Virus record (IMG/VR): IMGVR_UViG_3300037991_000499 | Location: 1 to 45,024 of that record | Reading direction: 5' to 3' (one strand) | Source: a virus | Taxonomy: Duplodnaviria > Caudoviricetes | DNA: 45,024 nt | Shown here: piece after piece, positions 40,158-45,024 of the stretch | Layout: every line of letters begins with the position of its first letter | How positions within the stretch are numbered: position 1 is the stretch's first letter | Position numbers and translations under genes: made by a program | Notes under the pieces: model-generated | Databases searched by the model: none | The model's input: only the letters and a program-made list of their open reading frames with translations | Told to the model about the DNA's origin: nothing

Positions 40158-41804
40158 TTACAGCCATTGAGTATTGTCCGGAACATATGATCTGTTCTTG
40201 AACGATACATTGGTAGTAGAGAGTCGGTCTGCGTGAGTCCTGAGGACCTCAAGGGCAATTGCTGTTGCGATAACTGTATCATCATTACAACCTTTTATCG
40301 CGTTGGTACGACCATTTTCATCAGCCACGTAATCCTTACATTCTTGGATTATCGTAGGGGACGCGAGATTAATATCATCATTCTCTATTGCGTTCTTAAG
40401 ATGACCTATGATCATGGGTTTAGTAGCTTGCGTTGTTCTCCAACCTAAACGTGTACCTTCCTCGTTAGATACATTAGCTACTTTGGTTTGATGGTACAGG
40501 TTCACATAACTCATCTGCTTGAGACGATTCAATGTGGCTATACCCAAGGAATTTGATTCAACTGCTAGTAGAGCATTGTTGTAATAGCGTCCTAAATAAA
40601 ATAAAAGATCCCCATACTCAGTGGGGTCAATTTTATTGTTACGATATAAAGCTACGACTTCTCGTTTGGTGTTCATAACTACCGCTGCGGAGGAGTCTTG
40701 ACCAACACCCAAAGCTACGTCAGCACCAATAATAAAGTGCTCACTAAACTTGGGATACTGAAAGATAGTCATACTGCCTTCGTTGTGATCCTCAAAGGAA
40801 CTCGATGCAAGGCTGAATGATTGTTTCTTCAATACAGGTTCGGGTTGTAAGTCGTTTAGTCTTTCTATGTTAAATACGTTGGAGCCAGAAACCAAAAAGG
40901 CTTCATCTGGGGTGGATGGATATTCCTGTCGGAATTTACTCAAGCCACCTTCGGCTATTTTAAGTCTGCGCCAATAGAGCTGATCAAGCCCTAGGTCATG
41001 TTTTTCTTTAAGATCTAGTTCTTCTTCTGTCAAAGTTTCAGTAAATGCGTCCTCGTCGCCTACATCTCTGCGGTACTCTGACATTAAAAACCAAGGGACG
41101 AAAATTGGAATGTACTCATTCTCGCCTGCTACTGCACCTTTCCATAATCTGTGGAATGCATTACCCACACCATTAGCAGTGGATTCTAGAATTACTTCTG
41201 TTCCATCAGCTTGGGATATACCTTGGAAAAGGCCAGCAAGGATTTTCTCGTCATGTGTCCAGAAAGCAACCTCAGATAAATGAGCAATAGTTGGGGTGGT
41301 ACCCCGTCCTGCTTCTGGAGATCCAGCCGTGTATAATCTGTAGCCTGACTCGTTGTGTTCAAACATTATCTCCTTTGCGTTGGATCTTTTGAACTTAGGT
41401 TTAAACTCAGGTTCCATGTTCTGAATGATATTCCTTGACATTGAGAACAAAGCATCCGATGTAGCACTGTCGTGTGCCATAACAACGGATTTGTTATACG
41501 GACTCAGGTAAGACTTCCAAAAGACTCGCCCACATGAATACGTGGAGAGTCCCATCTGTCTAGCCTTTAGGACAATAGCTCGGACCTTTCCGGTCTCTGC
41601 TAGTTGTTTCTCGATGGCGTCATTTACAATACGTTGCGCCTCGTTAAACTCAAAAGGTATAAAACCTCGTGTGGAGTCCTTAGGGAGTATGCGTACTTGT
41701 TCTGTAGCAAACTCGGCAAAGGATCCTTTGTATCGTTCAAGGTCCTTACGCTTCTTAGCTTCTTTAGCCAGCGCAAGTTTTTGACGATTAGTTAATTGAT
41801 TCAT
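40158..41804 (-). CDS. Terminase large subunit
   Basis: LKARQMGLST, HLSEVAFW, ESTANG, GADVALG, DDTVIA. Start placed at MNQL after GGAGGA. Confidence 0.95.
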   Translation of the reverse strand: MNQLTNRQKLALAKEAKKRKDLERYKGSFAEFATEQVRILPKDSTRGFIPFEFNEAQRIVNDAIEKQLAETGKVRAIVLKARQMGLSTYSCGRVFWKSYLSPYNKSVVMAHDSATSDALFSMSRNIIQNMEPEFKPKFKRSNAKEIMFEHNESGYRLYTAGSPEAGRGTTPTIAHLSEVAFWTHDEKILAGLFQGISQADGTEVILESTANGVGNAFHRLWKGAVAGENEYIPIFVPWFLMSEYRRDVGDEDAFTETLTEEELDLKEKHDLGLDQLYWRRLKIAEGGLSKFRQEYPSTPDEAFLVSGSNVFNIERLNDLQPEPVLKKQSFSLASSSFEDHNEGSMTIFQYPKFSEHFIIGADVALGVGQDSSAAVVMNTKREVVALYRNNKIDPTEYGDLLFYLGRYYNNALLAVESNSLGIATLNRLKQMSYVNLYHQTKVANVSNEEGTRLGWRTTQATKPMIIGHLKNAIENDDINLASPTIIQECKDYVADENGRTNAIKGCNDDTVIATAIALEVLRTHADRLSTTNVSFKNRSYVPDNTQWL

Positions 41805-42161
41805 CTGGTAGTCCTCCAGTTGCATAAGAGTCCTGACGGACTTCCGGGGCATAGCCCGGACAACACAATGCAAAAATGAATGTTGAAAAGGTTACTAAGG
41901 GTGTATAGAGTAGTACATAGGAAGCCTAGGAAGTCCCTATAGTCCCTTAGGATCCCTTCAGACCCCTAGTGATTCTTTTAGATATATTACTTAGATATAT
42001 TCTCGTTAAGAGTACTCCCTAGCGTATACCTTAGGTATTACTAAGAAGGGGGAAGGGGTAGTATGAGTCCTAAGTGACTACACTATGGTTCTGAAGTTAC
42101 TACCTAAATAATACCTAAGGTAGTCTAAGAAGCCCCTTCATCTTCTTAGATAGATCCATAA

Positions 42162-42186
42162 TGTTCCTATAAGGTACTATAAATAC
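42162..42186 (-). promoter_or_regulatory. Candidate phage RNAP late promoter, copy 1
   Basis: On - strand GTATTTATAGTACCTTATAGGAACA; identical 25-mer at 42213-42237. Confidence 0.65.
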
Positions 42187-42212
42187 CTAGGTACTACATT
42201 CCGTGTATAATG

Positions 42213-42237
42213 TGTTCCTATAAGGTACTATAAATAC
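42213..42237 (-). promoter_or_regulatory. Candidate phage RNAP late promoter, copy 2
   Basis: Exact 25-bp direct repeat, 51-bp period, pointing into TerL. Confidence 0.65.
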
Positions 42238-42645
42238 TCTGAGAAGGTACTTAAGTGTATATAATTGGAGTACCCCTAGGGTCCCTAAATAGAGGTCTAT
42301 AGCGTACATAAGTTAATCCCAGATTATATCAGGTACCCCAAAGTATTTCCTATCCCCCCAGTAATCCCTAGGGACACTTCTGTAGTCTCCACACCCATAG
42401 TAGTACCCTAGGGTAGCCCTCAGGTACTCCTCAGGGGCTTCTCAGGGACTCCTCAGGGTACTTCATGGGTATAACCTTGAGTGAGGGTAGAACCTATGGG
42501 TACAGATGGAGTACCAAGGGGTACCCTAGGGGAACTCCTAAAGTACTACTCAGGGACTCCTCAGGGACTCTCACAGTACCACACAGTACCACACAATACA
42601 GGGTAGTACCTTAGGAAGTAGCGACCGTGTCTAATACTACGTAAA

Positions 42646-42658
42646 GGGGCTGCGCCCC
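42646..42658 (+). promoter_or_regulatory. Candidate hairpin promoter for the virion RNAP
   Basis: Template strand GGGGC-GCA-GCCCC (C-GNA-G triloop), about 60 nt before the first early gene. Confidence 0.5.
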
Positions 42659-42716
42659 ACTGAAGGAAGCTCACATCGAGCACTTAATTAACATGATAGC
42701 CAAGAGGATAAATATC

Positions 42717-43145
42717 ATGCCAGTAATGAAAAACGTAGTAATCCGTAACTCTCGCATTGTAACTCCAGTACGTAAATCTTGGGGTGGACAATATTCTTTA
42801 GTAATCGAGACGCCTCAGGGCCATCTCGTTTCAGACTCCAGTGCTGATGGTGAAAACCAGTACTGGCTTAACTGGAATGCAGAGTACCCAAATGGCGACT
42901 CGATTGCGCCTGTCCCTCAAGTTCGTGGTAAGTCAGTAGTAACTGACCCTACAGAGCTTGGTAATGGTTCCGTAGTAGACCTAGCGTTCGAAACAGTCGA
43001 GCGTAATGGTAAGAACTACTACAACCTGAAAGCAATCAAGCTTGTGCAGTACGTTAAGCCTAAGAGCTTACTCGACCTGTTCGACACTGATGAGACCTTT
43101 GAGTCTGATCCGGTGGAAGCTTTCGATGCAGAACCACAGTTCTAG
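42717..43145 (+). CDS. ssDNA-binding protein (T7 gp2.5-like)
   Basis: LGNGSVV...LKAIKLVQY; acidic tail ending in Phe; AGAGGA RBS. Confidence 0.7.
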   Translation: MPVMKNVVIRNSRIVTPVRKSWGGQYSLVIETPQGHLVSDSSADGENQYWLNWNAEYPNGDSIAPVPQVRGKSVVTDPTELGNGSVVDLAFETVERNGKNYYNLKAIKLVQYVKPKSLLDLFDTDETFESDPVEAFDAEPQF

Positions 43146-43150
43146 GCCAC

Positions 43151-43180
43151 AGGGCTCCTTCGGGAGTCCTTTATTTTTTT
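43151..43180 (+). terminator. Rho-independent terminator, UUCG loop
   Basis: AGGGCTCC-TTCG-GGAGTCCT-TTATTTTTTT. Confidence 0.88.
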
Positions 43181-43212
43181 GCCACTAGCTATATAGTGCC
43201 ACGGAGATTCAT

Positions 43213-43293
43213 ATGGAAATCTTTCAATTAGTCTTATTCACTCTTTGTGCTGTGTTCGGCTTAGCTGCCGCTGTAGCATTAACTATAAAGTAA
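43213..43293 (+). CDS. 26-aa hydrophobic peptide
   Basis: GGAG RBS; MEIFQLVLFTLCAVFGLAAAVALTIK. Confidence 0.6.
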   Translation: MEIFQLVLFTLCAVFGLAAAVALTIK

Positions 43294-43310
43294 ATACTTG
43301 GAGAATACAG

Positions 43311-43544
43311 ATGTATACTACATTAACTAGCAATATCGTAAGTGAAACCCTAAACATCATAGATCAGCTCGACCACGGAACTCACCAACAAATGGAAGAT
43401 TCCTCAGAGCTGTCACAGCATCTAGGTGACTGCCTACGAGCTGCTCAATTAAACCAAATCTCATTCTTAGATTTCTGCAAAGAAAGCTGGGATGTACTTG
43501 ATAAGATCGACGAGTTCGATAAAAATAACCAACAAGAAAGGTGA
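43311..43544 (+). CDS. Hypothetical early protein
   Basis: GGAGA RBS before MYTT. Confidence 0.7.
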   Translation: MYTTLTSNIVSETLNIIDQLDHGTHQQMEDSSELSQHLGDCLRAAQLNQISFLDFCKESWDVLDKIDEFDKNNQQER

Positions 43545-43548
43545 TCTC

Positions 43549-43647
43549 ATGGAACTTGTACATGAAATATTCGACTACTCATTCGTAGGCAGCTTCACAG
43601 CTATGCTTATATTGACAGCCGCATTATTATTCTCAATGTTTGACTAG
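43549..43647 (+). CDS. 32-aa hydrophobic peptide
   Basis: AAGGTG RBS; MELVHEIFDYSFVGSFTAMLILTAALLFSMFD. Confidence 0.6.
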   Translation: MELVHEIFDYSFVGSFTAMLILTAALLFSMFD

Positions 43648-43656
43648 GGGACTCTT

Positions 43657-43863
43657 ATGGAACCTAACAAAGAAATCTCGGGCCTGCTACATCTCATTGA
43701 GAATGGTAGGCACCGACACTCAATCCACTATAAGTTTAAATCATTAACCCAACAAGAGGATCTATTGAACCAACTTATGTCCGAAGCAAACCCTGATAGT
43801 GATGCATACATTATTCAATGTGATGCTGATAACCAATATATTGCAACTCATAATATGGAGTAA
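43657..43863 (+). CDS. Hypothetical early protein
   Basis: GGGGA RBS; tight packing with neighbours. Confidence 0.65.
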   Translation: MEPNKEISGLLHLIENGRHRHSIHYKFKSLTQQEDLLNQLMSEANPDSDAYIIQCDADNQYIATHNME

Positions 43864-43868
43864 CTACA

Positions 43869-44141
43869 ATGCGTAGAACAGAAATCCTTAAAATTCAATT
43901 ACTTAACTCTCGTGGTCGTTTCTTCACAACTACATGGCGTGGTCCAACGAAACTACAACAAACTCTCAACTTCAAAGTAACTGAAGTAAAGAAAGTACTT
44001 CAAGATCGTATCGAGGTCAAAGCTTATGTGCCTAGCTCAAAAAGCTACCAAAATATATCTTTCTTCATGGATAAGAAGGGCGACTTGCTCTACTTATCTT
44101 CCGATAAAACTAAGATTCAACTCTCCGGCTCAGGTATCTGA
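43869..44141 (+). CDS. Hypothetical basic protein
   Basis: GGAG RBS; GRFFT motif. Confidence 0.7.
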   Translation: MRRTEILKIQLLNSRGRFFTTTWRGPTKLQQTLNFKVTEVKKVLQDRIEVKAYVPSSKSYQNISFFMDKKGDLLYLSSDKTKIQLSGSGI

Positions 44142-44155
44142 TTTATAGTACCTTA
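44141..44155 (+). promoter_or_regulatory. Third copy of the candidate promoter core
   Basis: ATTTATAGTACCTTA, 15/15 match to the late repeats, intergenic and upstream of the rIIA-like gene. Confidence 0.65.
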
Positions 44156-44177
44156 AGCTCCTAAAACCAAGAGGACG

Positions 44178-45024
44178 ATGCAAATGCAATTATCTCAATA
44201 TGGTGCAAACGCACAAACTAGCGGACTAAACCACGCTCAAGCTTTCTCAATGCAAATGAATGCAAAGATGTTTAGTATTCTTACCGATAAACTGTACACT
44301 AATAAAGAAGGTGCAGTTATTCGAGAGCTATCATCTAATGCAAAAGATGCTCACGTAGCAGCTGGTTGCCCCGACAAACCATTCTACCTAAAGCTACCAT
44401 CATGGCTTGATAAGACGTTCATGATACGTGATTACGGAACTGGTATTCACCCTGATAAGTTTTGTGAAGTATACACAAACCTTGGGTACTCTACCAAAGA
44501 AAACGAGAATGAGTCACTTGGAGCTTATGGGTTAGGCTCCAAAACTCCATTCGCTCTAACCGATACGTACACTATCCGTAACTTTTATAATGGTAAAGTA
44601 TATACATATACAGCCTACAAAGATGCTGGTATGCCTACAGTATCATTAATAGGTTCAACGGATACAGAAGATCCTAATGGCTTAGAAATATCGTTATCAT
44701 ATGACTTGCAATACACAGGTGCGTTTATTGATGCGACTCGAGAGCAGCTAAGATACTTCAAAGTAAAACCTATCGTGGATAGTGATGAAGATTTTGAATG
44801 GTTAGAAGTACCTGACTTATCAAAGGGTTATTCAATACGTGACTCATTCAGCTCATACGCTACTGTAGTTATGGGTGGTGTACCCTATGAACTAAAGTAT
44901 TCAGATATAGTCAACCATGACTTCTATGAAGTTATGCGACGAACTGCCTTAATACTTAAAGTAGATATTGGTGATGTTGATGTAACTCCTAGTCGGGAAA
45001 ACGTGGAAATAACTGAAAAGACTT
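44178..45024 (+). CDS. rIIA: rIIA-like protein with GHKL ATPase domain (3'-truncated, not in ORF track)
   Basis: KMFSILTDKLYTNKEGAVIRELSSNAKDAH, IRDYGTGI, LGAYGLGSKTPF, TPSRE; GAGGA RBS. Confidence 0.85.
   Translation, partial: MQMQLSQYGANAQTSGLNHAQAFSMQMNAKMFSILTDKLYTNKEGAVIRELSSNAKDAHVAAGCPDKPFYLKLPSWLDKTFMIRDYGTGIHPDKFCEVYTNLGYSTKENENESLGAYGLGSKTPFALTDTYTIRNFYNGKVYTYTAYKDAGMPTVSLIGSTDTEDPNGLEISLSYDLQYTGAFIDATREQLRYFKVKPIVDSDEDFEWLEVPDLSKGYSIRDSFSSYATVVMGGVPYELKYSDIVNHDFYEVMRRTALILKVDIGDVDVTPSRENVEITEKT

Larger units (their letters stand above)
41920..42620. repeat. Non-coding region with many CCTAGG/CCTNAGG short repeats; candidate genome-terminus region
   Basis: More than ten CCTAGG/CCTCAGG/CCTTAGG copies; tandem CTCAGGGACTC; CACAGTACCA repeats at 42572-42599. 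Confidence 0.7.

Noticed and set aside
42162-42237. Two 25-bp repeats with a 26-bp spacer as a mini-CRISPR array
   Set aside because: Only two units, no cas genes, and a third oriented intergenic copy at 44141 fits a promoter better.
42183-42264. TATAAT boxes at 42206 and 42259 as sigma70 promoters
   Set aside because: No recognisable -35 at the proper spacing and no proper extended -10.
1-45024. tRNA, integrase, reverse transcriptase/DGR
   Set aside because: No cloverleaf, recombinase or RT motif, or TR/VR pair was noticed by eye; not computationally excluded.

Overview
Most of a lytic dsDNA podovirus genome, probably circularly permuted. + strand 1-7417 is a T7-like replication module: PolA (5'-truncated), 5'-3' exonuclease, GIY-YIG endonuclease, primase-helicase, a short 697-aa single-subunit RNA polymerase and MazG. 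It meets the - strand late operon (41804 down to 7496) at back-to-back terminators. The late operon runs: TerL, portal, scaffold, major capsid, adaptor, collagen-like fibre, an AT-rich modification cassette (three cupin/2OG-oxygenase-like genes, a KpsS/KpsC-like transferase, two radical SAM/SPASM enzymes), three small basic proteins, holin-like genes, tail proteins and ejection proteins. An ~900-bp repeat-rich non-coding region follows, then + strand early genes (SSB, small ORFs, rIIA-like). Main finding: the last late gene (1211 aa) carries the catalytic motifs of a second, N4-virion-type single-subunit RNA polymerase, as a standalone protein about the size of the N4 mini-vRNAP. An N4-style GNA-triloop hairpin lies just before the first early gene, and a separate T7-like promoter motif is duplicated ahead of the late operon. 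Together these suggest a two-polymerase transcription programme in a non-N4 virion architecture. All assignments come from reading motifs by eye; no database search was run.
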